The notes: a model not told the origin generated them from the sequence alone. DNA of 52,451 nucleotides from Hyphomicrobiales bacterium (GCA_031430715.1 JANPCA010000606.1:1-52451); one strand, 5' to 3'. Positions 8,801 through 18,566 are shown, numbered from the stretch's first letter. Translations and numbers: made by a program.

Positions 8801-8865
8801 AGCGCTGTGGCCTGCTCTGTTGTGAAATCGGGCTTGGGATGATCGAAAACGGAACTCTCGTTCAC
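5827..8865 (-). CDS. Trimodular protein: APH/hydroxylysine-kinase-like domain, M23 peptidase-like domain and class III PLP aminotransferase/phospho-lyase
   Basis: Kinase motifs [15 protein letters not shown] and LIDFGD; M23 motifs HLGVD and PHLHF; PLP motifs [18 protein letters not shown] and SFGGNPV. GTG start at 8865 after an AAGGA RBS. Confidence 0.88.
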   Translation of the reverse strand: MNESSVFDHPKPDFTTEQATALLLRDFGVTGTFKELVSERDQNFLIAAEHGTYVLKIANAAEDRDFLALQNAAMNHIAAVDPELGVQRVTPSRDGRTIAVWTTAKAAHAVRLLTYLPGELFSSTAKTPELLGSLGAFMGRLGRALRGFGHPAAHRPPFLWNLDEVLSVKAWLGDVTPERRDLVDRIFTRYEQRAVPRLPHLRGAILHQDANDNNIVVSEGAAPRVTGLIDFGDMTYGRQINELAVTLAYALLDVDDVYKSAMPLISAYAGAFAIETLEAEVLFDLVAARLAASVCISSHRAKDFPNNGYLLISQAPAFRLLERLDQTSPAFLAAFARHAAGLAPAAAHDAIAGWLKSAACQPQPMFDIDLNRSGRCLLSLTSGAPGMEHASDPQAYWAWLQGRFKAEDAQFAIGLYGEDRGVYRGDQFRTAASPEWRSQHLGVDIFIAPDTALYAPLPGRVLSAADNDLPFDYGPTVILEHRAGEDGPPFWTLYGHLSRQTLAMVMEGQEVAAGQRIGSIGNTLVNGGWAPHLHFQIITDRLGKTGEFPGVGQPSLWPIWSRISPDPNLILKLAPESYVQDATPPDILLQRRAHVLGPSLSISYAKKLKMVRGAGAYLYDHSGRAYVDGVNNICHVGHSHPHVVEALARQAAILNTNTRYLHDNILDYAERLASYFPKPLSVIYLVCSGSEANELALRMARTVTGRHNTIAVDWGYHGNTSGLIDVSSYKFNRKGGRGQPDHVEIATLPDPYRGPFKGYDAAAGVAYAQSVAGKIETIRAKTGQGPAAFIAEAISGCGGQVFFPDAYLKTAAAHVREAGGLVIVDEVQTGFGRIGAHMWAHGPQELVPDIVTLGKPIGNGHPMAAVVTTPEIARAFANGMEFFSSFGGNPVSARVGMAVLDVIENERLQEKAAVTGTYLKQRLETLAAEQALIGDVRGQGLFLGVEMVRDHHTLEPATEEADRISNLMRESGVLISTDGPHDNVLKIKPPLAFGQKEADILVDAMQDALSRL

Positions 8866-8893
8866 TGGGAATGTCCTTTTGTCGTGCCGGGCC

Positions 8894-10183
8894 TCACCAC
8901 CCGGCGAAGTCCTTGACGGATTCATCGTTGACGGCACCTTGTTCCACGTCGGTGATGGCCATGTCGAGAATGTCGATGGCCCGCTGCGCATCGGCCTTGC
9001 CGAGGATCAGCGGCGGCGTGAGTTCAAGCACGTTGGAGTTGAGGCCGACGTAGTAGATGACGATGCCCAGTTCGAAGGCGCGGTACACTGTCTTTGCAGC
9101 AGTCCGTTTCGAATCCATTTCGATGCCAATCACCAGTCCGCAGCCGCGCACATCTTTGATGGCGGGATGCCGGCCTCGCAAGTCCTTGAGACTCTCAAGC
9201 AGAAATGCACCAATTTTCGCGGCGTTCGCGGTCAGTCCCTCTGCCGCAATGGTCCGCAGCACCGCGCGCGCCGCAGCCACGCACACTGGATTGCCCTGCA
9301 GCGTTTGCATCGCAAAGGCCGTCGCGTGGTCCATGATATGCGATGGACCGATCAGCGCGGAAATCGGCAGACCGCCGCCCAGGCCCTTGCCCAGACAGAT
9401 CAGATCGGGCGTGAAGCCCTCATGCTCGTAGCAGTGCATCCGGCCCGAGCGCCCCAGCCCGACCTTCACTTCGTCGCTGACGATCAGGATGCCTTGGGCG
9501 CGGCACAGCTCCACCAGCCGCCGCAAGAAACCTGGTGGCGGTACGATCAATCCGCCATCGGACTGGATGGGTTCGATGAACAGCGCGCCCACCTCACCGG
9601 GCGGACAATCACTGGCGAAAAGGCGTTCCAGTGCGGCGATCACTGCTGCACCATCCTCGCCGCGCGAGGGATTGGGATAGCCGATGAGCGTCAGCCCCTC
9701 GGCGCGAACCGCATGTGACTGCACCGTGTGACCCGAGATCGCCATCGAACCCGCCGTGCCGCCGTGATAGGCGCCACGGAAGGCGATGACGCGCCTGCGG
9801 CCCGTCGCCGCCGCAATGGCGCGGAAGGCGGTTTCATTGGCATCCGATCCGGAATGCCCGAACCAAACTTTGTGATCGGTGAAGCCGGGGAAGAGAAGCA
9901 GTAACTCCTCCGCCAGTTCGACGGCGCCCCGATGGGTAGCCGAGAGAATGCTGGCACCCGCCGGGTTACGCACCGCTTCATTGACGGCCTCGACCAGCGC
10001 CGGATGCCCATAGCCCAAGCTCGCGGCACCCCAGGCTGCGGAGAGATCGATCAGCCTGCGGCCCGCTTCGTCGATAACATGAACGCCTTCGCCGCCTACC
10101 AACGCCAACGGAAAGAAGCGCAGCTTCTGCAGTCCGGCGATGGCCTGGCGGTCACGCGCATAAATGGCGTTTGCCTGCGTCAT
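8894..10183 (-). CDS. Class III (GABA/ornithine-type) aminotransferase
   Basis: Motifs SGSDANE, AYHGGT, EPIQSDGG, DEVKVGLGRSG and LGKGLGGGLP. The ATG at 10183 overlaps the upstream TGA. Confidence 0.9.
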   Translation of the reverse strand: MTQANAIYARDRQAIAGLQKLRFFPLALVGGEGVHVIDEAGRRLIDLSAAWGAASLGYGHPALVEAVNEAVRNPAGASILSATHRGAVELAEELLLLFPGFTDHKVWFGHSGSDANETAFRAIAAATGRRRVIAFRGAYHGGTAGSMAISGHTVQSHAVRAEGLTLIGYPNPSRGEDGAAVIAALERLFASDCPPGEVGALFIEPIQSDGGLIVPPPGFLRRLVELCRAQGILIVSDEVKVGLGRSGRMHCYEHEGFTPDLICLGKGLGGGLPISALIGPSHIMDHATAFAMQTLQGNPVCVAAARAVLRTIAAEGLTANAAKIGAFLLESLKDLRGRHPAIKDVRGCGLVIGIEMDSKRTAAKTVYRAFELGIVIYYVGLNSNVLELTPPLILGKADAQRAIDILDMAITDVEQGAVNDESVKDFAGW

Positions 10184-11070
10184 CAGCTGCGCCGCGACAC
10201 CGGTGCCGGAATCAGGCCGTCCGGCCGCCACACGAGAATCAGGACAACGACGCCCAGCACGAAGGCATCGCGGAACGGCAGGGCCGCGGCAGGAAGAAAA
10301 GCCTGGAACAGCACTTCGAGAATACCCAGCGCGAAGCCCCCCGCAACCGCGCCGCTGAGGCTGCCGAGGCCGCCGATCACCGCCGCCACGAAGGCCTTGA
10401 GCACCGGCACGAAGCCCATCAGCGGATCGACCGAGCCGCGCTGCGCGATCCACAGGACCGCCGAGATGCCGGCCAGCGCCCCCGACACCGCGAAGGCGAC
10501 CGAGATGACCCGGTTGGCCTTGATGCCCATCAGGCGCAGCACCTGAAAGTCCTCGGCCGCCGCGCGCATCGCCTTGCCGAGCGTGGTGCGCTTCAGGAAG
10601 AGTGTAAGCAAAAGCAACGACACGGCCGTCGTGACGATTGACAGCAGCGGCACGATGCCCACGTCTGCGAAGCCGATACTGACGGTGCCCGACAATGCGC
10701 CCGGCAGCGGCACCGGCTTTGGCCGCGCCGAGATGCCGTTCTGGAAGAACACGCGCAGGATCGCCGAGACGGCGAAGCTGGTGAGCAGCAATCCCGTCAC
10801 ATCGGCCTTGCGCATGGGGCGGAAGGCGAAGCGTTCGGTCAGCAGGGCCACCGCCACCGCCATGAGGATTGCCAAGATGAGTGCGAACGGAAACGGCAGC
10901 GACACGGCAATGGCGAAGAACAGGCCGTAGCCTGCTACCGTCATCAGCTCGCCATGGGCGAAATTGATCAGCGAGACGATGGAGAACACCACCGCGAGGC
11001 CGAGCGCCAGAAGGGCATAGATGCCGCCGAGGCTGACGGCATTGACGATCTGCTGCAGGAAAACATCCAT
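10183..11070 (-). CDS. LivH-like ABC transporter permease
   Basis: Motifs GGIYALLALGL, INFAHGE, GKAMRAAAED and GGLGSL.GA; hydrophobic throughout. Confidence 0.9.
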   Translation of the reverse strand: MDVFLQQIVNAVSLGGIYALLALGLAVVFSIVSLINFAHGELMTVAGYGLFFAIAVSLPFPFALILAILMAVAVALLTERFAFRPMRKADVTGLLLTSFAVSAILRVFFQNGISARPKPVPLPGALSGTVSIGFADVGIVPLLSIVTTAVSLLLLTLFLKRTTLGKAMRAAAEDFQVLRLMGIKANRVISVAFAVSGALAGISAVLWIAQRGSVDPLMGFVPVLKAFVAAVIGGLGSLSGAVAGGFALGILEVLFQAFLPAAALPFRDAFVLGVVVLILVWRPDGLIPAPVSRRS

Positions 11071-11074
11071 GTGC

Positions 11075-11776
11075 TTACTCCGACAGATAAGCTTGCCTGA
11101 CCAGATCGCTGGCGGCAAGCTCCCGCCCGGTACCTTCAAGCACGATCTCGCCGGTCTGCAGAACATAGCCATAATCGGCGATCTCGAGTGCCCGCGCCGC
11201 ATTCTGCTCGACCAGCAGCACGGTGAGTCCCCTGGCCTTCAGCGACAAGATGAGATCGAAGACCTGATCGACGATGAGCGGCGCCAGGCCCAGCGATGGC
11301 TCGTCGAGCAGCAGCAGGCGCGGTGCCGGCATCAGCGCCCGCGCAATGGCCAGCATCTGCTGTTCGCCGCCCGACAACAGGCCGGCCTTCTGGTGATAGC
11401 GTTCGCGGAGGATGGGGAAGCGCGTCAGCTCAGCCTCGACGCGGTCGGCAAGGGCCGTGCCACTGGCATGAGCCGCGCCGCCAAGATGGAGGTTTTCGGC
11501 CACCGTCAGACTGGGGAACACCCGGCGCCCCTCGGGCGTCAGCGAAAGCCCAAGCCGTACGATGGCCTCGGTCGGCTGTCCCGAAATTCCTGACCCAGCG
11601 AAGCTGATGCCGCCCGCCGACGGCACCAGCCCCATGATGGCATTGAGCGTCGAGCTTTTCCCGGCACCATTGGCGCCGAGCAGCACGACGATCGCACCTT
11701 GCGGGACAGAGAGGCTGATGCCCTTGACGGCCATCGCCTCCCCGTATTTCACCTTGAGTCCGGTGACCTCCAGCAT
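11075..11776 (-). CDS. LivF-like ABC ATPase
   Basis: Motifs GANGAGKS, PEGRRVF, LSGGEQQM, LLLDEPSLGLAP and VEQN. Confidence 0.93.
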   Translation of the reverse strand: MLEVTGLKVKYGEAMAVKGISLSVPQGAIVVLLGANGAGKSSTLNAIMGLVPSAGGISFAGSGISGQPTEAIVRLGLSLTPEGRRVFPSLTVAENLHLGGAAHASGTALADRVEAELTRFPILRERYHQKAGLLSGGEQQMLAIARALMPAPRLLLLDEPSLGLAPLIVDQVFDLILSLKARGLTVLLVEQNAARALEIADYGYVLQTGEIVLEGTGRELAASDLVRQAYLSE

Positions 11777-12924
11777 CAGGGCGCTGGCACGTCCGCCGGA
11801 TCGGGGGTCGCGGTCAGGATGGGCTTGCGCTTGCCGCCCTGGATTTCGACCAGCGTGATGTCGCGGTTCGGCATCCGGTTGGTCCCGGCATAGGTTATCT
11901 TTCCGGTCAGGACCTCGACATCCTTGAGATTGGCCAGCGCATCGCGCAGTGCCGGTCCCTCGACACTTCCCGCCGCCGTCACCGCCGCATCGAGAATATA
12001 GGGAATCTCGTAGCCGGTGGCGACATAGACCGTCTCGGGCTCGGCACCCGTCGCCGCCTTGAACTTGTCGTAGAAGGCCCTGAGCGGGGTTCCGTCTGCC
12101 GGATAACCCGCCGTCGTATGGACGATGCCGTCGGCCACGGCGCCCAGCCCCGTGGTCGTCGGGCTGTCGATGCCGTCCGAGCCCAGCACCGGCGCCGTGA
12201 CGCCGGCCCCGCGCAACTGCTGCAGGAAGGCCGGGAAATCCGGTTCATAGGCCGACGTCATGATGACATCGGGCGCCGGATTCATGGCCTTGATCTTGGT
12301 CACTTCGGCGGCGAAATCCTGCTGGCCGATCGTGTAGCTGCCCTCGCCCGCGATGGTGCCGCCCTTCTTGGTGAAGACCTCGGCGAAATATTCCGGCAGG
12401 CGCAATGTGTAGGCCGAGTCAGGCGATTTCAGAATATAGGCCGACTTGTAGCCCTTGGTCATGGCGTGGATGGCGAGCAGTGCCGCCTGGCCGTTGTCGG
12501 CGGGGTAGGTGCCGAACATATAGTCGCCCACCGCCCCCGGAATGGTCGGCGTGGTGCCGCAGAAGGTGAGCGTCGGGATCATGGCGGGCTGGCTGATCTG
12601 GCCAGCGGCGATCGAGGGATCGGCATCACACGGCGTGATCAGCACCTTGACGCCCGCCGCCACCAGTTCCTGTGCCGCCTGAACGGTTGTTGCCGTATCG
12701 GTGCGCGTGTCCTTGATGTCGAGTTTCATCATGTATTTGCCGCCGAGCCCGCCCTTTGCATTAATTTCCTCGACCGCCATCTTGAAGCCCACCAGGGAGG
12801 GCTGGTCGGCGAAGGCGAGACCGCCGGTCTGGGCGGTCGCCAGGCCGATGGTGATGTCCTCGGCCAAGGCCGGGCTGGCGCACAGCATGGCGCCCGCCAC
12901 TGCGGCAAAGCGGAATATTTTCAT
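11776..12924 (-). CDS. Liv-type periplasmic substrate-binding protein
   Basis: Signal peptide (..ASPALA/ED); motifs AVEEINAKGG and QDFAAEVTKIK; lies within the ABC operon. Confidence 0.88.
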   Translation of the reverse strand: MKIFRFAAVAGAMLCASPALAEDITIGLATAQTGGLAFADQPSLVGFKMAVEEINAKGGLGGKYMMKLDIKDTRTDTATTVQAAQELVAAGVKVLITPCDADPSIAAGQISQPAMIPTLTFCGTTPTIPGAVGDYMFGTYPADNGQAALLAIHAMTKGYKSAYILKSPDSAYTLRLPEYFAEVFTKKGGTIAGEGSYTIGQQDFAAEVTKIKAMNPAPDVIMTSAYEPDFPAFLQQLRGAGVTAPVLGSDGIDSPTTTGLGAVADGIVHTTAGYPADGTPLRAFYDKFKAATGAEPETVYVATGYEIPYILDAAVTAAGSVEGPALRDALANLKDVEVLTGKITYAGTNRMPNRDITLVEIQGGKRKPILTATPDPADVPAP

Positions 12925-12946
12925 ATCTTCCTCCTCTGTTGTTGTT

Positions 12947-14752
12947 TCAATGGGCGTGAACTCTGGTTCCGATATAGGCTTCGATCACCGCCGGATCGTT
13001 GCGGATGTCCTGCGGCGTCCCTTCGGCGATTTTCTGGCCCTTGTTGAGCACCACCATGGTGTCGGAGAGCCGCATGATGAGCCGCATGTCGTGTTCGACG
13101 ACCAGCAGGCCGATGTCATGCTCGGCCCGGAGCGCCGCCAGGATGCCGACGAGTTCGTCGGTCTCCGCCGGGTTCATGCCGGCGGCCGGCTCGTCGAGCA
13201 GCAGAAAGCGCGGCGACAGCGCCAACGCCCGGGCGATCTCCAGCCGCCTGCGGTCGCCATAGGCGAAGGCGCCTGCCAGTTGTCCACTGCGGCTCGCAAG
13301 GCCCAACCGTTCCAATTGCGCCATGGCGATGGCCTGGGCCGGCCCCGCCGCATGGCCCATGGAAAGTGCTGCCACTGTCACATTTTCCAGCGCCGTCATG
13401 CGTTCGAAGAGCCGGATGTTCTGGAAGGTGCGGCCCAGCCCGGCGCGCGCCACCTCATGGGCCGCCATGCCGGTGATCGGCTGGCCGTCGATGTTGACCT
13501 CGCCTTCGCTTGGCCGCATCTGCCCGCAGATGATGTTGATGAGCGTCGTCTTGCCCGCCCCATTGGGGCCGATGAGGCCGGTGACCTTTCCGGCCGGCAC
13601 CGCGAAACTGATATTTTCCAGCGCCATCAGCCCGCCGAATCGCATGCTGACATTGCGGACTTCGAGTTGCCCCCGGGTTTCGCGGGCCCGTGCGGCGGGA
13701 ACGGCCGGAGGTGCGGTATTGATCCTGCTGCTGGCGGGCCAGTCGGGGCCAGCTTCCTTCAGCCCCGCGAGGCCCAATGGCCTTCGCCAAATGGTCAACA
13801 GCAGGGCCAACCCCATGCCCAACTGCGGCAGGCCGAAGACGCCGGGAATCGACAGGAAGCCGAGATCGATGCCGGTTTCGGCCTGGCGCAGGATCTGCAC
13901 CACGCCGGCCAGCAGCACGGCACCCGCCACCGCACCCGTCACGGTCAGCATGCCGCCGACGATCAGCATCGAGACCAGCGTGAAGGTGAGATCGAAATAG
14001 AAATCCTTAGGGGAAAAGGCCCCGAGAAAATGTCCATAGAGTGCCCCCGCGATGGCCGCCATCACGATGCTGAGCGTCCACCCGGCGTGGCGCACGGCGC
14101 GCACATTGACGCCCGCCGCGGCGGCGGCCACCTCGTTTTCGCGCGTGGCGCGAAGCTTGAGGCCCAATGGCGCATCGCGCAGCAGCCGCGCCACCAGAAT
14201 AAACAGGGCCGCCGCCGCGAAGGCCACGAACACCGTCGTGAGGCGCGGCACGCCGTAGAAGGTCTGGCTGCCGCGCGTGAAGTCGCGCGCCCCGATCAGC
14301 GTCACATGAATGATGATCAGGAAGGCCAGCGTGCCGATCGCCGCCGAACCCGCCGACAGCCGCGACAAAGGAATGCCGCTCAGATAACCGGCCACCAGGC
14401 CCGCCGCCGCGACCGCGATCAGGGCGGTCCCAAGCGAAAGCTCCTGGCCTTGCAGCCACTGTGGCAAATGCGGCAGGGCCGAGGCTTGCACACCCTTGGG
14501 CATGGTCAGCACACCCGCCACATAGGCGCCGATCCCCATGAAGGCGGAATGGCCGAACGAGACGATGCCGGAATTGCCGCTGAACACGGCCAGCGCCAGG
14601 ACGCCTGCGATCTGCAGCAGCGCCAGGGTCGCGATGTTGATGCCGGTGCCGCCGAAGGCCAGTGACACGGCGAGCGCCAGCCCGCCCGTGCACGCGATCA
14701 GCACCGCGGCGCCGGCCCACGCTCTTGCCGGAACTCCGACCCAAAGGGACAT
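12947..14752 (-). CDS. Fused LivM-like permease and LivG-like ATPase
   Basis: N-terminal membrane domain (SFGHSAFMGIGAY, LRATRENE) followed by GPNGAGKT, RTFQNIRLF, DEPAAGMNP and VEHDM. Start placed at ATG 14752 after AGGA. Confidence 0.88.
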   Translation of the reverse strand: MSLWVGVPARAWAGAAVLIACTGGLALAVSLAFGGTGINIATLALLQIAGVLALAVFSGNSGIVSFGHSAFMGIGAYVAGVLTMPKGVQASALPHLPQWLQGQELSLGTALIAVAAAGLVAGYLSGIPLSRLSAGSAAIGTLAFLIIIHVTLIGARDFTRGSQTFYGVPRLTTVFVAFAAAALFILVARLLRDAPLGLKLRATRENEVAAAAAGVNVRAVRHAGWTLSIVMAAIAGALYGHFLGAFSPKDFYFDLTFTLVSMLIVGGMLTVTGAVAGAVLLAGVVQILRQAETGIDLGFLSIPGVFGLPQLGMGLALLLTIWRRPLGLAGLKEAGPDWPASSRINTAPPAVPAARARETRGQLEVRNVSMRFGGLMALENISFAVPAGKVTGLIGPNGAGKTTLINIICGQMRPSEGEVNIDGQPITGMAAHEVARAGLGRTFQNIRLFERMTALENVTVAALSMGHAAGPAQAIAMAQLERLGLASRSGQLAGAFAYGDRRRLEIARALALSPRFLLLDEPAAGMNPAETDELVGILAALRAEHDIGLLVVEHDMRLIMRLSDTMVVLNKGQKIAEGTPQDIRNDPAVIEAYIGTRVHAH

Positions 14753-14862
14753 CGCGTTTCCTGGATGGCTCAAGTCCTGGAACCTATCATGACCGCCCAA
14801 GGGACTGTCAATGAATTGTTTCAGTTTACGTCTGCCGTGGGAAATGTTGTAATGAATTCGAC

Positions 14863-15843
14863 ATGGCCGAAAGCGCGACGATACGCCAGGTGAAGCGTGG
14901 TTCCGGGAGCAGCAATCCGAAACCGCGGCACTCGGTGCGCGAGCGCCTCATGGAGCAGGGGCGCCATTTCTCCGATGCCGAATTGAAAGTGGTGCGCCAC
15001 CTGCTGGCCAATTATCCCGCCGCGGGGCTCACCACCGTCGCGCGGCTGGCCAAGCTGGCGGGCGTCAGCGATCCGACCGTCCTGCGCCTCGCCACCCGCA
15101 TTGGTTTTCAAGGTTTCGCCGGATTGCAGGAGGCACTCCTTGCCGAAGTTGAAACCCACATGCGCTCGCCGCTCACCCTTGCGGCGGGTTCGGCGGCCAA
15201 ACCCTCCCGGCGCCACAAGGCCGATGTCTATCAGACCTTCCTCAGCGAGACGATGGCCCAGGTCAGTGCCACCGCCAAGGAGACGCCGACGGCGGATTAC
15301 GAACGCGCCGTGGCGCTGCTCACCGATCCCCGGCTCCGCGTGCTCTGCCTCGGCGGGCGCTTCAGCCGCTTCATCGCCGGCATCCTGGAGCGTTGCCTGC
15401 ATAATCTCCGTGCCAACACGCTTTTGCTGGACGGCACCGGCGCCGATCTCGTCGACGAACTCGCCGCCATCGGCAAGCGCCATCTCCTGGTGGTCTTCGA
15501 CTACCGCCGCTATCAGGCGGATGTCGTGCGCTTCGCCCGCCAGGCCAAGGTTCGCGGCGGCCTCATTCTTCTGTTCACGGACAATTGGAAATCGCCGGCC
15601 GCCGCCTTCGCCGATGTGGTGCTGACCGCGCCCATCGCCACGGCCTCGCCTTTCGATACGCTGACGACGCCGCTGCTGCAGGTCGAAGCCGTCATCGCCG
15701 GCGCGGCCCAGCGCTTAGGCGCCGATTGGCGGGCCAGGGCGGCGCTTCTCGAAGAAGTACGCGCTGAAAACAACATCACGCTCGGCGATGCGCCTTCGAT
15801 CCACAATAAAAGCAACCGCAAACCGCGCGAGGACCAGCCATGA
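14863..15843 (+). CDS. MurR/RpiR-family transcriptional regulator (HTH plus SIS)
   Basis: LAKLAGVSDPTVLRLATRIGFQGF HTH motif and SIS-type VVFDYRRY..LFTD. The exact start is uncertain. Confidence 0.88.
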   Translation: MAESATIRQVKRGSGSSNPKPRHSVRERLMEQGRHFSDAELKVVRHLLANYPAAGLTTVARLAKLAGVSDPTVLRLATRIGFQGFAGLQEALLAEVETHMRSPLTLAAGSAAKPSRRHKADVYQTFLSETMAQVSATAKETPTADYERAVALLTDPRLRVLCLGGRFSRFIAGILERCLHNLRANTLLLDGTGADLVDELAAIGKRHLLVVFDYRRYQADVVRFARQAKVRGGLILLFTDNWKSPAAAFADVVLTAPIATASPFDTLTTPLLQVEAVIAGAAQRLGADWRARAALLEEVRAENNITLGDAPSIHNKSNRKPREDQP

Positions 15844-16475
15844 CGGACCGCCGAGACACTCACTATGCCGCGGGCGCCACGGCGGTGCTGTTCGTCGACA
15901 TGCAGAAAATGTTCTGCACGCCGGGCCGCGATCCCGCCCATCCCGGAATGGATGCGGACCACTATTATCACCGCCGCCTGCGCGCCACCGTCATCCCCAA
16001 TCAGGTGCGCATTCTGAAAGCCGCTCGCGCCCATGGCGTGCAGGTCCTGCATACGATCATCGAGGCCTTGACCGAGGATTGCCGCGATGCCTCTCTCGAT
16101 CACAAGTTATCCGATCTTCTGGTGCCGAAAGGCCATCCCCTGGCCCCACCCATCGATGAGCTCGCCCCCATCCGCAACGAAATCGTGCTGCCCAAGACGT
16201 CTTCCGGCGTCTTCAACTCGACCAACATCGACTACGTGCTGCGCAATCTCGGCATCCGCTATCTGATCGTCGCAGGTGTCGTCACCGATCAATGTGTCGA
16301 CATGGCGGTGCGCGACGCGGCCGACCGGGGCTACATGGTGTCCCTGCCCGGGGATGCCAGCGCCACTTACACGGAAGCCCGCCACGGCAACGCGCTCAAG
16401 GCCTTTGGCGGTTATTGCTGGATCACCGATACGGAGACCGTGATCGGGCGCATCAACGCCATTGGGCGGGGCTGA
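15840..16475 (+). CDS. Isochorismatase/cysteine hydrolase-family amidase
   Basis: Motifs FVDMQ, KTSSGVFNST and GVVTDQCV..AVRDAADRGY give the Asp-Lys-Cys triad. Confidence 0.92.
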   Translation: MTDRRDTHYAAGATAVLFVDMQKMFCTPGRDPAHPGMDADHYYHRRLRATVIPNQVRILKAARAHGVQVLHTIIEALTEDCRDASLDHKLSDLLVPKGHPLAPPIDELAPIRNEIVLPKTSSGVFNSTNIDYVLRNLGIRYLIVAGVVTDQCVDMAVRDAADRGYMVSLPGDASATYTEARHGNALKAFGGYCWITDTETVIGRINAIGRG

Positions 16476-16477
16476 CG

Positions 16478-17809
16478 ATGGCGACCCAACGCACCGGCCA
16501 TGAGCCGCTCGTCACGCTTCTCACCACCGACTACGCGGGCATCACCCGGGGCCGCTCCATCGCGGCCTCGGCTTACAAACCCGGGCAGGCAAACTCGGCC
16601 GGCTGGGTGCCGGCCAACATGTCGCTGACGCCCTTCGACCTGATCGCCGATCCCAATCCCTGGGGTTCGTCCGGCGACCTGCGCCTGCTGGCCGATGGCG
16701 AGGCCCGCTACCGTCTGCGTCCGGAAGGCTCGGTGAGCGATCTCGACATCATCATGTGCGACATCGTCGAACTCGACGGCACGCCCTGGGTCTGCTGTCC
16801 GCGCAGCTTCTTGAAGACGGCCCTCGCCGATCTGCGGCGCGAAACCGGCATGACGCTGCTGGCCAGTTTCGAGCACGAGTTCCAGATCCTCGATGCCGCT
16901 TGGCCCGCTGCCCCCGCCTTCTCCCTGCAGGCCCTGCGGCGTGCCGATCCTTTCGGCCCGTCCCTCATGGCGGGTTTGCGCGACGCAGGTGCTGAGCCGG
17001 AGGTCTTCATCGCCGAATATGGCAAGGACCAGTTCGAGATCACGCTGGCGCCGAGTGACGGTGTCACTGCCGCCGACCGCGCCGTCGTGCTGCGCGAGAC
17101 GGTGCGCGAACTGTCGCGCAACCGCGGCTGGCACTGTTCCTTCGCGCCGAAGACGGCGGTCGAAGGGGTTGGCAACGGCGTCCACATGCACTTTTCGTTC
17201 CGCGCTGCCGATGGCCGGCCCGTCACATATGATGCAAGCCAGCCGGGCGGCGTCTCCTCAATCGCCGGCAGTTTCGTGGCTGGCATTGTCCGCCATCTGC
17301 CGGCGCTGACGGCCTTCACGGCACCGAGTCCGGTGTCCTATTTGCGCCTCAAGCCGCATCATTGGAGTTCAAGTTACACCTGGTTCGGTGACCGCGATCG
17401 CGAGGCGAGCCTGCGCATCTGCCCGGTGAACCGCATCGGCGGGGCCGATGTGGCCAAGGCCTTCAACATCGAATACCGCGCCGCCGATGCCACCGCCTGC
17501 CCGCATCTGGCGCTCGGCGTCATGGTGCGCGCCGGGCTTGAGGGCATACGCCAGGGCCTTGGGGCACCGCCGCTGTTTTCCGGCGATCCGGCATTGCTCA
17601 GTCCTGAGCAATGCGCCGCCCTGGGCTTGAGAAAACTTCCGCAATCGCTCGATGACGCCCTCAACGCGCTGCTGGCCGACGCCACGGTCCTGTCGTGGTT
17701 CGATCCGGTTGCCATTGAAACTTACACCGGCATGAAGCGCATGGAACTGAAACTTGGCGGCGATGCCCTCGATGATGCGCTCTGCCTCCGTTATGCGGCG
17801 ATCTATTAA
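16478..17809 (+). CDS. Glutamine-synthetase-like gamma-glutamyl:amine ligase (PauA/PuuA-like)
   Basis: Motifs FEHEF, EYGKDQFEI, GNGVHMHFS, DREASLRI and NIEYRAADATACP. Confidence 0.88.
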   Translation: MATQRTGHEPLVTLLTTDYAGITRGRSIAASAYKPGQANSAGWVPANMSLTPFDLIADPNPWGSSGDLRLLADGEARYRLRPEGSVSDLDIIMCDIVELDGTPWVCCPRSFLKTALADLRRETGMTLLASFEHEFQILDAAWPAAPAFSLQALRRADPFGPSLMAGLRDAGAEPEVFIAEYGKDQFEITLAPSDGVTAADRAVVLRETVRELSRNRGWHCSFAPKTAVEGVGNGVHMHFSFRAADGRPVTYDASQPGGVSSIAGSFVAGIVRHLPALTAFTAPSPVSYLRLKPHHWSSSYTWFGDRDREASLRICPVNRIGGADVAKAFNIEYRAADATACPHLALGVMVRAGLEGIRQGLGAPPLFSGDPALLSPEQCAALGLRKLPQSLDDALNALLADATVLSWFDPVAIETYTGMKRMELKLGGDALDDALCLRYAAIY

Positions 17810-18555
17810 TGACCGGCGAAGAGATATTGCCGCCGCCGGTGCGCGTCCTGAATGAGGCGGGGCCGTCTCCCTATGTGCTGATCTGCGAACACGCCTCGTC
17901 TTTCATCCCGCGGCGCTATCATGGCCTGGGGCTGGCCGGGACCGATCTCGGCCGTCATATCGCCTGGGACATCGGTGCCACGAATGTCGCCCAGCGGCTT
18001 TCGCAAGGTCTCGGCGCAACGCTTGTGCTGGCGGGTTACTCGCGGCTGCTCATCGATCTCAACCGGCCGCCCGGCAGTCCCACGTCGATTCCGGAAATCA
18101 GCGAGGAGACAGCCATTCCCGGCAATGCCGGTTTGACGGAAGAGCAGCGTCAGGACCGTATTCGAAGTTATTTCGTTCCGTTTCAAACCGAAGTGAACCG
18201 CCTTCTCGACCGCCGCCTTGAATTATCGCGGCCCACCATCATCATCGGCGTCCACAGCTTCACGCCGGTCTTCAAGGGTATCGCGCGCCCATGGCATGCT
18301 GGCGTACTTTACAGGCGCTCACAGCGCTTCGGCGCCGCCCTGGTGGCGGCCTTGGGTGGTCCACAAGCATCGATCGCCCACAATGAACCCTACCGGATCG
18401 AGGACGGCGGCGACTATACCGTTCCCGTTCACGGCGAGGCGCGCGGCCTTGATGCCGTTCTCGTCGAGATGCGCCAGGATCTGATTGCGGATGATGAAGG
18501 TGCTGCCGCTTGGGCACACCGGCTGTGGGCCGCGCTACAAACTTGCGCGGCCTAG
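17809..18555 (+). CDS. N-formylglutamate amidohydrolase-family protein
   Basis: Motifs CEHAS, HIAWDIGA, SRLLIDLNR, HSFTP, NEPY and EMRQDLI. Confidence 0.9.
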   Translation: MTGEEILPPPVRVLNEAGPSPYVLICEHASSFIPRRYHGLGLAGTDLGRHIAWDIGATNVAQRLSQGLGATLVLAGYSRLLIDLNRPPGSPTSIPEISEETAIPGNAGLTEEQRQDRIRSYFVPFQTEVNRLLDRRLELSRPTIIIGVHSFTPVFKGIARPWHAGVLYRRSQRFGAALVAALGGPQASIAHNEPYRIEDGGDYTVPVHGEARGLDAVLVEMRQDLIADDEGAAAWAHRLWAALQTCAA

Positions 18556-18566
18556 GGCAAGCGCAT

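Noticed and set aside
12947-14752. LivM-LivG fusion as a novelty
   Set aside because: Permease-ATPase fusions are common in Liv-type transporters.
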